From Candidatus Obscuribacteraceae bacterium (lineage in GTDB: Bacteria; Cyanobacteriota; Vampirovibrionia; Obscuribacterales; Obscuribacteraceae): DNA of 64,000 nucleotides. Location: contig JBGAHS010000011.1 of the NCBI GenBank assembly GCA_044226015.1, forward strand, positions 64,001-128,000. The letters are read 5' to 3'. Positions 9,056-18,879 of the stretch are shown here, piece by piece (the first letter of the stretch is position 1; every line of letters starts with the position of its first letter). The notes below the pieces were generated by a model. The model saw only the letters and a list, made by a program, of their open reading frames with translations, did not search any database and was not told the origin of the DNA. The position numbers and the translations under genes are program-made.

Positions 9056-9150
9056 CATCGTTTGAATAGGTCGAGGCTTCAGACATGCGCTCAAAATTTT
9101 GATAGCAGCCATATGACCCCTTGACATAAACGATATCTACTAAATGCGGA

Positions 9151-9164
9151 CTGATCTTGATCAA
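9151..9164 (-). promoter_or_regulatory. FNR/CRP-family (anaerobox) site
   Basis: TTGATCAAGATCAG on the minus strand, a 9/10 match to TTGAT-N4-ATCAA, about 160 bp upstream of ccoN. Confidence 0.65.
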
Positions 9165-9536
9165 ACAAAATTATTGCAGCGTGGCAAAATCTCTTTTATT
9201 GAAAGAGCTTATTTGCGATACAAAGCGTAACGCTCGAAAGAGCTTTTGTCCAGCGGTTTTTCAGGCTTTGCCGTTGTCAGTTAGCCACATTTGCAATTAT
9301 CTTTCCTTTATTTTGGTTTTCATCTGACCCAAATAGTCTAATGAAAAAGTCCACTTGACTTAGCATCTTTTCAGCGAAGAACCGCCTCATTCGCGCATCA
9401 TGAGAAACTGACCAGTATCGAAATTGATGTCCATGAGACGCTGCTCAGAAAGCTACTTATTTAGCCCGTTCACAAACCCTTGTCAAACACATTTTGGTAA
9501 CCAAGGGAATGCGTGATATCAAATATGGTGCATATA

Positions 9537-9722
9537 TTATTCACAACCAAGTTTTTTACTCCATTCGACCTGCTTGGCGAGTTCAAGCAGTATCCTGAGG
9601 TCACATATAAGCTCAGATATGTACTTCATTCGCTCTCCAGACGTATATCTGCAACGCGGATACAGGACGTCGAGAAGAACTGCATAAGATACAGAATCGG
9701 GTACTTCTTCTGGGACTTCCAT
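9537..9722 (-). CDS. Small hypothetical protein (61 aa, MEVPEEVP...)
   Basis: Strong AAGGAGGAG RBS before the ATG at 9722; shorter than the ORF-track call. Confidence 0.5.
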   Translation of the reverse strand: MEVPEEVPDSVSYAVLLDVLYPRCRYTSGERMKYISELICDLRILLELAKQVEWSKKLGCE

Positions 9723-9783
9723 GGCTCCTCCTTTCTTATATGAACAGGATCTTTGAATCATAGGCACCATAAGCGGTGCGATA

Positions 9784-10533
9784 TTAGTGTGCATCTCTCC
9801 CTTCTGCTGATTCCCGTTCGTCATGATTGCAACTACCCTGCAGAATTGAAATGACTATTACGGCAATGCTTGCTCCAAACAAAGGAGCAAACAGGTAAAT
9901 CCACCAATCAGTGTAATTGCCTGCTAATATCGCTGGACCCAAAGTTCTGGCAGGGTTCATTCCCGCACCACTAATTGGCTCAGCAATGATGTGTCCTACA
10001 AGAATTGCAAATGCAACAGCTATAGCAGCGTTACTTCCAGTAACTTTATGCTTGTTAGCAGTTCCCAAAATAACTAAAAGGAGTACACAAGATGCCAACG
10101 ATTCAGCAAAGAATCGTTGCCACTCAAGAAACGAATCGTGACGCGAAACCAGGTCGGATTGACCACTCAGTAAGAAAACAAACAATGAAGCAATTATTGC
10201 CCCTGTAAATTGTGCAGCCACGTAAGGAAAAACTTTCCAAACAGGAAATGCTCTTCTGATGGCAAAGGAATAGGTAACAGCCGGGTTAAAGTGAGCACCG
10301 GACGTATTTCCGACGGCTAAGATCAAAGCTCCAACAACCAGCGGAGTTCCGCAAATAGCCTCAAAATGTGATAACAATGACTGACTGTATAGCACGGACG
10401 GTAGCACCGCTGACAGAGTCAAGACCAGGGTACCCACCAGCTCTGCGATGAGACTTCTCCAGAGGGGAATTGGAGCCTCATCCTCCTTGTGAACTGTCTT
10501 CTCAAGTTTACTTTGAAATATGACCGTGGACAT
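9784..10533 (-). CDS. MIP-family aquaporin
   Basis: SGAHFNPA and GMNPARTLGPA motifs; 6 TM segments. Confidence 0.95.
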   Translation of the reverse strand: MSTVIFQSKLEKTVHKEDEAPIPLWRSLIAELVGTLVLTLSAVLPSVLYSQSLLSHFEAICGTPLVVGALILAVGNTSGAHFNPAVTYSFAIRRAFPVWKVFPYVAAQFTGAIIASLFVFLLSGQSDLVSRHDSFLEWQRFFAESLASCVLLLVILGTANKHKVTGSNAAIAVAFAILVGHIIAEPISGAGMNPARTLGPAILAGNYTDWWIYLFAPLFGASIAVIVISILQGSCNHDERESAEGRDAH

Positions 10534-10563
10534 CTTTCACTAACCTATTTGCCGACAGAACTG

Positions 10564-10589
10564 AGACTCAAGATTTTGGGCTTTGTTCC
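10564..10589 (-). promoter_or_regulatory. Putative ECF-sigma promoter GGAAC-N17-GTCT (aquaporin)
   Basis: Minus strand GGAACaaagcccaaaatcttgaGTCTCAG. Confidence 0.7.
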
Positions 10590-10660
10590 AACAAAGCAGC
10601 AAAGGCGAGCTTTTCACCTGTTTTACAAATTCTAAAATTGACAAGTCTGAGCGAGTTAAG

Positions 10661-11212
10661 TCAAGTTACTTGCTTCTTGCAAAACTTCTTTTGAGCTTTT
10701 CTTAAAAGACTCTCCGCTTCTTTGGGTCCTCTCCAGCCGAGTACTTTGAACTCACGACCCTTTGTCATATTGCTGAACTTGAAAAATAACGATATGTCTT
10801 CGCAAACGTTGCTTGGAAGCTCTGACCAATCCTTGAAGTTAGCAAAAAACACAGAGTGTGCATGTACTGCAAGAAGTCTGTCATTTCGAATGCTTCGATT
10901 AGGCTCCGTTTGCACAGCCTCGAGGACTCCAATCAGCCTTACTTCAATTGTGCATCCGGGAGCACAAAATTGGTCCATAAAAATGATAACGTCAAGCGGA
11001 TCACCATCCTCTGCAAGCGTATCGGGCACAAAGCCAAAGTCAAATGGATATGTTAGTCCACCTTTCAAAGTAGCTTCGAATTGTAATTTTCTTGATTTCG
11101 AGTCGTACTTATACTTATTTCTGCTGTTTCTGGGGGTTTCTATCAGCACCGTAAGTTTTCCGTCTTCAACAGCAGTCATCATTTCATTGCTTTTTTTCTT
11201 TGTCTTTGGCAT
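10661..11212 (-). CDS. ppa: Family I soluble inorganic pyrophosphatase
   Basis: IETP, KYKYD, YPFDFGFVPDTLAEDGDPLDV. Confidence 0.92.
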   Translation of the reverse strand: MPKTKKKSNEMMTAVEDGKLTVLIETPRNSRNKYKYDSKSRKLQFEATLKGGLTYPFDFGFVPDTLAEDGDPLDVIIFMDQFCAPGCTIEVRLIGVLEAVQTEPNRSIRNDRLLAVHAHSVFFANFKDWSELPSNVCEDISLFFKFSNMTKGREFKVLGWRGPKEAESLLRKAQKKFCKKQVT

Positions 11213-11246
11213 GCAATCCTCCAGCTCCGAAGCTAACTGTCAAATG

Positions 11247-11272
11247 TGACTCTGCCATGGAGAAAAGGTTGC
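11247..11272 (-). promoter_or_regulatory. Variant ECF promoter GCAAC-N17-GTCA (ppa)
   Basis: Minus strand GCAACcttttctccatggcagaGTCAC; same spacing as the other copies. Confidence 0.5.
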
Positions 11273-11313
11273 ACCAGATTCCAAAATTGGCATGGAGGAA
11301 CAGCAAATAACAT

Positions 11314-12081
11314 TTAGCGTCCCTTTTTCTTCTTTGCTGTACTAGTAGTCTGGCGTCCTTTTTTGGGCGTGGACGCTTTACGTGTAGTTTTCTTGGCAGT
11401 GCTCGCTTTGTGAACACCTATCTTTGCGCTGGTTGATTTGCTTTTTGTTGCTCCAGTGACTCTCTTCGGAGACGAAGATTTCGATCTGGTTGATTTCTTC
11501 GGTCCCGGTTTAGAAGATGTGGATTTGCGACTGCTACCGGACGTTTTGGTGCCGCGGCTCGAGGCAGATTTCGCACCCGATGATTTTTTTGCGGCAGTTT
11601 TTCTGGTACTTGTGGATTTTCGAGTTCCCTTCTTAGCTGTGCCCGATTTAGTTCTTGTACGTCCAGAATTTTTTGTTGTCTTTTTTGCCGTTCCCGACTT
11701 AGTGCTGCCGGATTTTGATTTGGAACTAGACTTCTTGCTAGTGGATTTCTTGCGAGGTGCCCGTTTATGCTTTGATTCGCCTTCGCTAGCTGAATCTTCA
11801 TCTTTGTTCTCATCTGCAGTGGGAGCTCTTCTACGCCCGGTCTTTCTCGTTTCCGCAGCATTTCTGCCACTGGATTTACGCGATTTTTTCTTTTCCCCTT
11901 CGGATTTTTCAGTACCACTTCCTCCTTCTTTTTCGCCACCACCACTTTGTTTATTGACTGTAGCCCAAGCACGTTTTTCGGCTTCGCCTTCACTTACTCC
12001 CTTTTCTTCATAGCTTTCTTCAATGTGCTCGGCTTGCCGCTTTTGCTTTTCCGTATATTTGTCTTTATCACCACGTGGCAT
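11314..12081 (-). CDS. Stress-associated protein with a conserved N-terminal domain and a long Lys/Ser/Thr-rich histone-H1-like tail
   Basis: MPRGDKDKYTEKQKRQAEHIEESYE...AWATVNKQSGGG, then highly basic low-complexity sequence; GGAGG RBS. Confidence 0.8.
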   Translation of the reverse strand: MPRGDKDKYTEKQKRQAEHIEESYEEKGVSEGEAEKRAWATVNKQSGGGEKEGGSGTEKSEGEKKKSRKSSGRNAAETRKTGRRRAPTADENKDEDSASEGESKHKRAPRKKSTSKKSSSKSKSGSTKSGTAKKTTKNSGRTRTKSGTAKKGTRKSTSTRKTAAKKSSGAKSASSRGTKTSGSSRKSTSSKPGPKKSTRSKSSSPKRVTGATKSKSTSAKIGVHKASTAKKTTRKASTPKKGRQTTSTAKKKKGR

Positions 12082-12118
12082 TTAAACGGTCCTCCGATAA
12101 AAATACTCGACAGAGCTG

Positions 12119-12144
12119 AGACGAAAGAGTGACATATCTGTTCC
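12119..12144 (-). promoter_or_regulatory. Putative ECF-sigma promoter GGAAC-N17-GTCT (histone-like gene)
   Basis: Minus strand GGAACagatatgtcactctttcGTCTCAG. Confidence 0.7.
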
Positions 12145-12219
12145 GCTCCTAGCTCTGTAAAGAATGCAGCGAACAAAATCTGGCGCTAGAATTAATATAT
12201 AAGATATCGGAACATCAGA

Positions 12220-12849
12220 ATGTATAAGAACAGATCCGAAGCTGGACAAAAGCTCACAGAAGGACTGCAGTTCCTGCAAAACACAGCGGATGCTATCGTT
12301 TTGGCACTTCCGCGTGGAGGAGTGCCGGTAGCTTACGAAATAGCTAAAACGCTCAAGCTTCCTCTGAATATATTTCTTGTGAGAAAGTTGGGAGTACCCG
12401 GCCATCGCGAGTTGGCGATGGGTGCCATTGCCAGCGGTGGCATAACAATTTTGAACGAAGCACTGATTTCCGAATTACACATATCAGCCTCTGAGATCGA
12501 ACGAGTAAAAACGGAAGAAATAGCAGAACTTGAAAGACGAAATCAACTCTATGGTACTTCCCAAAAGCAACCGTTACTTAAAGAGCAAACAGTAGTTTTA
12601 GTTGATGACGGATTAGCCACAGGCGCTTCGATGAAAGCAGCAATCACTGCCCTGAGACAAACTGCCCCAAACCGCTTGATTGTCGCAGTTCCAGTTGGGG
12701 CTCCCGATATTTGCGAAGAACTGCGCAAGCAAGTATCCATGCTTGTTTGTCCGCTTCGCCCACCATATTTTAGTTCCGTCGGGGAATGGTATGAAGACTT
12801 TTCGCAGACCACCGATGAAGAGGTACAAGTACTCCTTGCACGATCCTAA
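12220..12849 (+). CDS. Phosphoribosyltransferase-family protein
   Basis: LALPRGGVPVA, RKLGVPGHRELAMGA, VVLVDDGLATGASM. Confidence 0.9.
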   Translation: MYKNRSEAGQKLTEGLQFLQNTADAIVLALPRGGVPVAYEIAKTLKLPLNIFLVRKLGVPGHRELAMGAIASGGITILNEALISELHISASEIERVKTEEIAELERRNQLYGTSQKQPLLKEQTVVLVDDGLATGASMKAAITALRQTAPNRLIVAVPVGAPDICEELRKQVSMLVCPLRPPYFSSVGEWYEDFSQTTDEEVQVLLARS

Positions 12850-13379
12850 ATCACAAAATCATTTGTAACGCCGACGACTGTGACACCATGGGATTGGACG
12901 TAGTCAATAATTTTCTTGGCAACGTCGCTTCTAAATGACCAGAGCGGAATTCGCACGTCGTCCTTTTTGCCATGCAAAAGTAGATTTCTTGACTCTGGCA
13001 ACTCGTAATAGTCGGCTGTCTTAACGTCAGTCAAGAGAACTTGTTGAATACTTCGCGCCCGCTCAAGCTCGTCGTAAGCCGCCAGGCTCAATAAATCCCC
13101 ATCTAGCGAAAGCACATAATGTTCATCTTTCTCCTTGATCCACTTAAAGCATTTGAAAAGCAGTACGAATCCAATTGTGCAAAGGAAAAGCAATACAAGA
13201 GCTGCAGTCGAAGCAGAATGTCGTGCAATAATTCCGGCTTCCATCAAAGCAATGCCCGACAGCAACCAGAATGAAGCAATACCCGTAATTACAGGAATCA
13301 TCCCGATATGCCTATCGCATTGACGTGAGCGGAATCTGAGTTTCTTTCCAATCGACGTAGTCACAGCTATATTCTCCAA
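12846..13379 (-). CDS. Hypothetical 2-TM membrane protein (true start may be the GTG at 13364)
   Basis: Two hydrophobic helices plus a soluble C-terminal domain; GGAG RBS precedes the GTG. Confidence 0.65.
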   Translation of the reverse strand: MENIAVTTSIGKKLRFRSRQCDRHIGMIPVITGIASFWLLSGIALMEAGIIARHSASTAALVLLFLCTIGFVLLFKCFKWIKEKDEHYVLSLDGDLLSLAAYDELERARSIQQVLLTDVKTADYYELPESRNLLLHGKKDDVRIPLWSFRSDVAKKIIDYVQSHGVTVVGVTNDFVI

Positions 13380-13394
13380 TTATGTTTGATCTGA

Positions 13395-13420
13395 AGACTG
13401 AGCTGAGTGAATTTCGTTCC
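13395..13420 (-). promoter_or_regulatory. Putative ECF-sigma promoter GGAAC-N17-GTCT
   Basis: Minus strand GGAACgaaattcactcagctcaGTCTTC. Confidence 0.65.
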
Positions 13421-13476
13421 GAGCATGTAAGCTATTCCCAAAAGGCAGGCGCTGACGATGTTATGCGCCACCACTT

Positions 13477-13498
13477 CACAACGACGAAAGTCGTTGTG
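13477..13498. other. Perfect 9-bp hairpin with a GAAA tetraloop in the divergent intergenic region upstream of katE
   Basis: CACAACGAC-GAAA-GTCGTTGTG. Confidence 0.5.
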
Positions 13499-13603
13499 GA
13501 TTTCCTTATTATCGCTAGCGTTAGACCTAGCATCGAAAAAAGAAGGCTCTCACATGATTTATGCTGAACCGCTCAGATATTTTTTCTAGGTCATGGAGGT
13601 CTC

Positions 13604-15808
13604 ATGAAGCAAACAAACTCTGTCCATATAGGAATTGCAGTCAGTTTAGTAATGTGCTTACAATCCGCTCAATTAATATACGCAGCGACAGAGAGTGTCT
13701 CTGGAAATATTCCTGCCAAAGGCACCGATAAACAAGGTACTGCTGCTGGCAGCACCGGCAGTGGTGGCGAATTGCATCAAACATCCGGAGCTGATCTTCC
13801 AAGCTTAACGACACAACAAGGTACGACTGTTTCTGATGATCAAAACTCACTGAAAGCCGGCTCTCGCGGACCTACGATACTTGAAGATTTTGTCGGCCGT
13901 GAAAAGCTTTTTCACTTCGATCATGAAAGAATTCCAGAGCGAGTTGTCCATGCACGTGGCTTCGGAGTACACGGATTTTTCGAGACTTACAAATCACTTT
14001 CAGACCTCACTAAAGCAGATATTTTTAAACGAGCTGGAGAAAAGACGCCTGTATTCGTAAGGTTCTCCACTGTCGCAGGAAATAAGGGATCGGTCGACCT
14101 GGCAAGAGATGTTCGAGGTTTTGCAGTTAAGTTTTACACAAAGGAAGGCAATTGGGATCTCGTTGGCAATAACATTCCCGTATTCTTCATTCAAGACGGC
14201 ATGAAATTCCCTGACCTTGTTCATGCAGCCAAACAAGAGCCAGACAGAGGATTTCCTCAAGCTCAAACTGCACACGACAATTTTTGGGATTTTATTTCGT
14301 TGACACCTGAATCAATGAACATGATTATGTGGGTCATGTCCGATCGTGCCATACCAAGATCATTTCGCTTTATGGAAGGTTTTGGAGTGCATACATTCCG
14401 GCTGGTTAACGCAAACGGAAAGAGCACCTTCGTAAAATTTCACTGGAAGCCAAAGCAAGGAATGCAATCAGTATTGTGGAATGAAGCAGTTAAAATAAAT
14501 GGCGCAGATCCTGACTTTCATAGACGAGACATGTGGAATGCAATTCAAGAAGGTCATTATCCCGAGTGGGAACTGGGAATGCAATTATTCGATGAAGACT
14601 TTGCCAAAAGATTCGATTTTGATGTTCTTGATGCAACCAAGATAATTCCAGAAGAGCTAATTCCTATACAGAAAGTTGGTCGTCTCGTTCTGAACAGAAC
14701 AGTGGATAATTTCTTCGCTGAAACTGAACAAGCAGCGTTCTGTACTCAAAATATAGTACCGGGTATAGATTTCACTGATGACCCTCTTTTGCAATTGAGA
14801 AACTTTTCGTATCTCGATACTCAACTGAAGAGATTGGGCTCACCGAACTTTACGCATTTGCCTATAAATGCACCAAAATGTCCCGTCTTCAACTTCCAAC
14901 AAGATGGGCATATGGCAATGACTAATCCAAAAGGCAGAATTAATTACGAACCGAATTCCTGGGGTGGCCCGCGCGAGAACTCAGAAAATGGATTTAAGTC
15001 ATTTCCCGAAGAAGTTTCAGGCACAAAACAAAGGAGTCGTTCAGAAACTTTTGCTGATCACTACAGCCAAGCCAGGCAATTTTATATCAGCCAGACGCCA
15101 GTTGAACAAGACCACATAGCAGATGCTCTTGTTTTCGAACTCTCGCGTGTCGAGAATCCCAATATCCGCGTGAGAATAGTCAGCCACCTTGAAAATATTG
15201 ATACTGGACTGGCACGTAAGGTCGCAGACGGGTTAGGACTGAAGCAACTGCCAGAAGCGGCTAAGGCTGCAAGACCAACAAAAATGGATTTGCCTCAATC
15301 TCCAGCTTTGAGCATTTTGAAAAATGGACCTAGCTCATTCAAGGATAGAAAGCTCGGTATTTTTGTCTCAGATGGTATAGATAGTAAGCAATTCAATTCT
15401 TTGAAAGCAGCAGCGGAAAAAGAAGGTGCTGACGTTGCTGTAATCGCACCAACTATCAGTGGGGTCACCACCAGCGATGGCGTCCACATTGGAGCAGACT
15501 TCAAAATAAATGGTGGTCCATCTGTTCTCTTCGACTCTGTTGCATTACTTATGTCCAACGATGGCGCCGCGAAACTAGCTAGTGAATCAACTGCAAAAGA
15601 CTTTGTGTCCGATGCCTTCGCGCATCTAAAAGTAATCGGTTATAACGAAGCGGCCCTAACACTACTTGCAAAAGCAGGCGTGCCCGCTAACGATGAAGGA
15701 ATCATTCAACTAAATGGAGCAGACACAGTAAATACTTTCATTGACAACTGCAGAAAGATCAAAATCTGGAGCCGCCAAGCGAAAGTGAAGATGGCCTCAA
15801 ACATCTAA
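13604..15808 (+). CDS. katE: Large-subunit (HPII/clade 2) catalase with a C-terminal DJ-1-like domain and a predicted signal peptide
   Basis: [38 protein letters not shown]. Confidence 0.95.
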   Translation: MKQTNSVHIGIAVSLVMCLQSAQLIYAATESVSGNIPAKGTDKQGTAAGSTGSGGELHQTSGADLPSLTTQQGTTVSDDQNSLKAGSRGPTILEDFVGREKLFHFDHERIPERVVHARGFGVHGFFETYKSLSDLTKADIFKRAGEKTPVFVRFSTVAGNKGSVDLARDVRGFAVKFYTKEGNWDLVGNNIPVFFIQDGMKFPDLVHAAKQEPDRGFPQAQTAHDNFWDFISLTPESMNMIMWVMSDRAIPRSFRFMEGFGVHTFRLVNANGKSTFVKFHWKPKQGMQSVLWNEAVKINGADPDFHRRDMWNAIQEGHYPEWELGMQLFDEDFAKRFDFDVLDATKIIPEELIPIQKVGRLVLNRTVDNFFAETEQAAFCTQNIVPGIDFTDDPLLQLRNFSYLDTQLKRLGSPNFTHLPINAPKCPVFNFQQDGHMAMTNPKGRINYEPNSWGGPRENSENGFKSFPEEVSGTKQRSRSETFADHYSQARQFYISQTPVEQDHIADALVFELSRVENPNIRVRIVSHLENIDTGLARKVADGLGLKQLPEAAKAARPTKMDLPQSPALSILKNGPSSFKDRKLGIFVSDGIDSKQFNSLKAAAEKEGADVAVIAPTISGVTTSDGVHIGADFKINGGPSVLFDSVALLMSNDGAAKLASESTAKDFVSDAFAHLKVIGYNEAALTLLAKAGVPANDEGIIQLNGADTVNTFIDNCRKIKIWSRQAKVKMASNI

Positions 15809-15844
15809 AGCTAGCAAGCAAAGTTTTCAGAACAAAACGAACCC

Positions 15845-15889
15845 CAAAAGAGAAGAAGCTGAGGCATATGACTCAGCTCCTTCTCTTTG
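15845..15889. terminator. Bidirectional intrinsic terminator between convergent katE and DUF4142 genes
   Basis: AAAGAGAAGAAGCTGAG...CTCAGCTCCTTCTCTTT inverted repeat. Confidence 0.7.
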
Positions 15890-15906
15890 TATATAACGCA
15901 AGACTA

Positions 15907-16425
15907 TTATTTTGCAGCGACTTTATCCACGTCCTTCGCCATCTGCAAATGATGCTCAAGGGTTGGGAGCGTCTTCTTCGCCCATGACGTTAAGTCAGCG
16001 TCGCCACCAGACTTATTGCAGCGATCGCGGAATGCCTGAACAACCTTTTCGTGATCTTTGACCATATGGTCCATATAAGTCTTATCAAATTCCTTTCCAC
16101 TTAATCCTGAGAGCTTAGTTTCTAACTCTTTCTGGTCTGAAACAAGGTCAGCTGGCAAAGCCTCAGACTTTTTGCTGGCCAGCGCTTTTAATTCATTTGA
16201 AGCCTTAGTATGATCGTTGATCATTTCCTTAGCAAAATTTTTGACACTTGCTTTTTCCGCTTTAGCCTCAGCTAGATTTCCAAGTTCAACCTCTAGTTTT
16301 CCTGCACGTGCTGCCAGAGCCATGAAATCCTTATCTGCAGCGCTTAACTGTGTTGCAAATACAGGTGCTGTAAAAGAAAGCACCATCAAAGAACTAAGCA
16401 AAAGTTTGCCTTTCATTACAATCAC
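15907..16425 (-). CDS. DUF4142 (ferritin-like) exported protein
   Basis: Signal peptide; DKDFM, EVELG, FAKEMINDH, FDKTYMDHMVKDH, LPTLEHHLQMA. Confidence 0.88.
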   Translation of the reverse strand: MIVMKGKLLLSSLMVLSFTAPVFATQLSAADKDFMALAARAGKLEVELGNLAEAKAEKASVKNFAKEMINDHTKASNELKALASKKSEALPADLVSDQKELETKLSGLSGKEFDKTYMDHMVKDHEKVVQAFRDRCNKSGGDADLTSWAKKTLPTLEHHLQMAKDVDKVAAK

Positions 16426-16440
16426 TCCTATGTAAAACTA

Positions 16441-16468
16441 GAAGGCAGAAGCACTTGCCTCTGCCTTC
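16441..16468 (-). terminator. Hairpin or weak terminator after the BON gene
   Basis: GAAGGCAGA-N10-TCTGCCTTC. Confidence 0.45.
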
Positions 16469-16480
16469 ATTTCCTCTGAC

Positions 16481-17269
16481 CTAGCCTAACTTGCTCGTAC
16501 TTGAACTCAAGACTGAGCTCGTACTACCAAGCCTTGCCTCTCCAAACACGTCGGGGTTGATGCGAAGAAGGTTCTGAACATTCTTTACTCCAAAAACGTC
16601 CTCTGCAATTTCTTCAATCAATCGTTTATCAGCGCGATCTGAAACCATGCCTTTCAGAGTGACATCGCCATCTTTAACTTCAATCAATACTTCTCTTGCG
16701 TCGATATCCAGGTGACGATCAATACGTTCATGGATATCATCTGAAATACGATCGTCACTACGCTTATAGTTACGCGGACCTTTCTTGCCACGTTCATATC
16801 GTTGCAAGCGGTCATTGTAGCTACTGGTCAAAGACCCACCAGCGGCATTAACGAATTCACTGTCTCTGCCCCGTGGCTCGCCACCCCAGTTTCCTGGGTA
16901 ATAGCTTTCATCGTCATATCTCGAACCATATCGGTCGGTCAGAGAACCGCGATAATTGTTGCTGCTACGTTCATTAGTTCTTCTATGCCAAGAAGGCTCA
17001 CTTTCTCTCCAGGGCGATTCAAAATATCGATACGATGATGAGCCTACCTGGCTTCCGTAACGCGCGGGATATTGTGATGCACCGTAGCCCTCAGCATAAT
17101 TGCTGTAACGATCTTGCCTTTCATGATCAGCTTTATCGATATTGCGGCGACGCTCGGCATCTTCATCGCCGAACCAGGAAGCTACTTCATCTTTGGTTTT
17201 GTCAAACCAACCACGTTCATGACCATAGCGACACCAACGTTCATAGTCCTCTCTGTCTTTGAAATTCAT
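16481..17269 (-). CDS. BON-domain protein with an SWFGD motif
   Basis: DEVASWFGDEDAERRR; GPRNYKRSDDRI ... VTLKGMV ... GVKNVQNLL. Confidence 0.88.
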   Translation of the reverse strand: MNFKDREDYERWCRYGHERGWFDKTKDEVASWFGDEDAERRRNIDKADHERQDRYSNYAEGYGASQYPARYGSQVGSSSYRYFESPWRESEPSWHRRTNERSSNNYRGSLTDRYGSRYDDESYYPGNWGGEPRGRDSEFVNAAGGSLTSSYNDRLQRYERGKKGPRNYKRSDDRISDDIHERIDRHLDIDAREVLIEVKDGDVTLKGMVSDRADKRLIEEIAEDVFGVKNVQNLLRINPDVFGEARLGSTSSVLSSSTSKLG

Positions 17270-17446
17270 AAATTATCCTCAGCAAAAAAACGATGCTGTG
17301 ACGCCGCACAGCTTCGAGGGAAGTAAAATTGATCCATTGGGCTAAAGTATACCAACGCTCAACTGACGAAAAGAAAAACACTGGGGTTTTCCACTAGAAG
17401 AAGAGCAGGAACCCGAAAGACAGTTGTTTCAAAAATCCTTTGTGAT

Positions 17447-17481
17447 AAACAAAAGTGAAGCACCGTCACTGGTGCTTCACT
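17447..17481 (-). terminator. Intrinsic terminator
   Basis: AGTGAAGCACC-N6-GGTGCTTCACT followed by a T-rich tract on the minus strand. Confidence 0.7.
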
Positions 17482-17501
17482 CTCCACTATGCAGTATTTA
17501 A

Positions 17502-17750
17502 TTAGGCGCCTCTCGTACCAAATTTATCCGAGCCAGCATCCTCTTGCTTGTTATCATCTGCATCGACAACGTAATCAGAGGGTTTATCGAAGACCTTTCC
17601 ACTTTTCTTTTTATTCATACCCTGCTCTTTAACTTCTTTCGGGCTTGAGGAATTAGCGTTGTGCTTCATGGCTTTTTCCTCGGAGCAAGTTTTGTGCTCA
17701 GCCTCAGTAGCTGGGTTCAATTTGCAAGATTGATCCTTTTTGTCTGACAT
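17502..17750 (-). CDS. Small hydrophilic hypothetical protein
   Basis: AGGAG RBS; hydrophilin-like composition. Confidence 0.6.
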   Translation of the reverse strand: MSDKKDQSCKLNPATEAEHKTCSEEKAMKHNANSSSPKEVKEQGMNKKKSGKVFDKPSDYVVDADDNKQEDAGSDKFGTRGA

Positions 17751-17783
17751 ACTTTCTCCTTTTTGTATTTGACTGATGAAGTG

Positions 17784-18356
17784 TTAGCTAGCTTTACGCG
17801 TAAGCTTTTTTCGTCCACGCATGGCAGCTGAACTAGTTTTGGTACTTCGTACCTTTTTGCTGCTTTTAGCACGGGCTTTGAGTTGTTTTTTCATAGCCTT
17901 TATGTCTTCTGCCATTTTGTTCAAATCAGCATCCGATTTCTCAAGTTGAGGCAGCATTTCGCCTTCCTCTTCTTTCACGTGATGTTGTACGATTTCCTTG
18001 AGTACTTTAACCTTCGCCTCAATTTCATCAGTTATTCGCGTGGTGTTCTTCAATTCGCGAAGAAGAAACTTAACTACATGGTGTTCCTGAATGGCCTCTC
18101 CGGCCATCTCATGTTCTACCTTATCTAGAACAGGGTAAACAACTTTTTCTTCGACCTTCGCATGTACTGTCAGCTCATCAATAATTGTCTTAATTAGCTT
18201 GCGCTTGTCAGCTGTACCATCGGACTCTTCGAACTTGGAAAACAATGATTCCACGACCCTATGGTCATGCTTCAGAAGCTCTACCGCATTATTCGGAGCT
18301 GCCTCTTCTACATTGTTTGGTGATACCAGAGAATTAATAAAATCAACTATACTCAT
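17784..18356 (-). CDS. Hemerythrin/HHE-domain protein with a basic tail
   Basis: LKHDH, HAKVEEKVVYP, QEHH, HHVKEEE; GGAGG RBS before MSIVDF at 18356. Confidence 0.88.
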   Translation of the reverse strand: MSIVDFINSLVSPNNVEEAAPNNAVELLKHDHRVVESLFSKFEESDGTADKRKLIKTIIDELTVHAKVEEKVVYPVLDKVEHEMAGEAIQEHHVVKFLLRELKNTTRITDEIEAKVKVLKEIVQHHVKEEEGEMLPQLEKSDADLNKMAEDIKAMKKQLKARAKSSKKVRSTKTSSAAMRGRKKLTRKAS

Positions 18357-18366
18357 TGTTCCTCCA

Positions 18367-18792
18367 CTATTCTTCTCGTCGACCAAATTCATCGTTCTCG
18401 GACCCAATAGAAGCTTCATTGAAGGACTCTTCGTCAGCTCCTGGTCCCTTATCGCTCTCAATTTTTCCAGCTTCTTCTTTTTTGACTCCACTGGATGCTT
18501 GAGGACTATTACCGCATGACTCTGCAAGCACCTTCTCAGCGCTTTCCATATCCAAGCCGCTTTCGTCAGCGGTCGCTAAAACTTCATCGGCTGCTGCTTT
18601 GGCATCATCATCAGAACTCTCGTCAGCAAGTATTTCCGTTGCTTTTTCCAAAGTCATACCAGTAGAATCTTTTGCAGCTAGCAACTGCTCTGCACAGCAT
18701 TCCTTGCTAATTTTTTCATTTTCTTCTTTTCCAGAAGACATTGACTCCTTATTGCAATTCGATTCCTTTTTGAAATCATCCTTATTTCCCAT
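18367..18792 (-). CDS. Acidic hypothetical protein
   Basis: GGAGGAG RBS before MGNKDD; internal repeat GMTLEKATEILADE / GLDMESAEKVLAE. Confidence 0.6.
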   Translation of the reverse strand: MGNKDDFKKESNCNKESMSSGKEENEKISKECCAEQLLAAKDSTGMTLEKATEILADESSDDDAKAAADEVLATADESGLDMESAEKVLAESCGNSPQASSGVKKEEAGKIESDKGPGADEESFNEASIGSENDEFGRREE

Positions 18793-18853
18793 TTTTTCAT
18801 CTCCTCCGTCGCACAATAAAAAGGCAACTCGCGTAAAAATTTGAATGACTAAG

Positions 18854-18879
18854 GGACTGCAATGCTTCGGCTTAGTTCC
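18854..18879 (-). promoter_or_regulatory. Putative ECF-sigma promoter GGAAC-N17-GTCC
   Basis: Minus strand GGAACtaagccgaagcattgcaGTCCC. Confidence 0.65.

Noticed and set aside
11418..12013. Two 191-aa alternative-frame or antisense ORFs
   Set aside because: By-products of the low-complexity Lys/Ser-rich gene
17364..17392. ECF motif upstream of the BON gene (and likewise upstream of katE and the PRTase gene)
   Set aside because: Only poor matches with wrong spacing, so not counted in the regulon
18357..18527. N-terminal extension of the hemerythrin ORF in the ORF track
   Set aside because: Overlaps the upstream gene; a strong RBS supports the start at 18356
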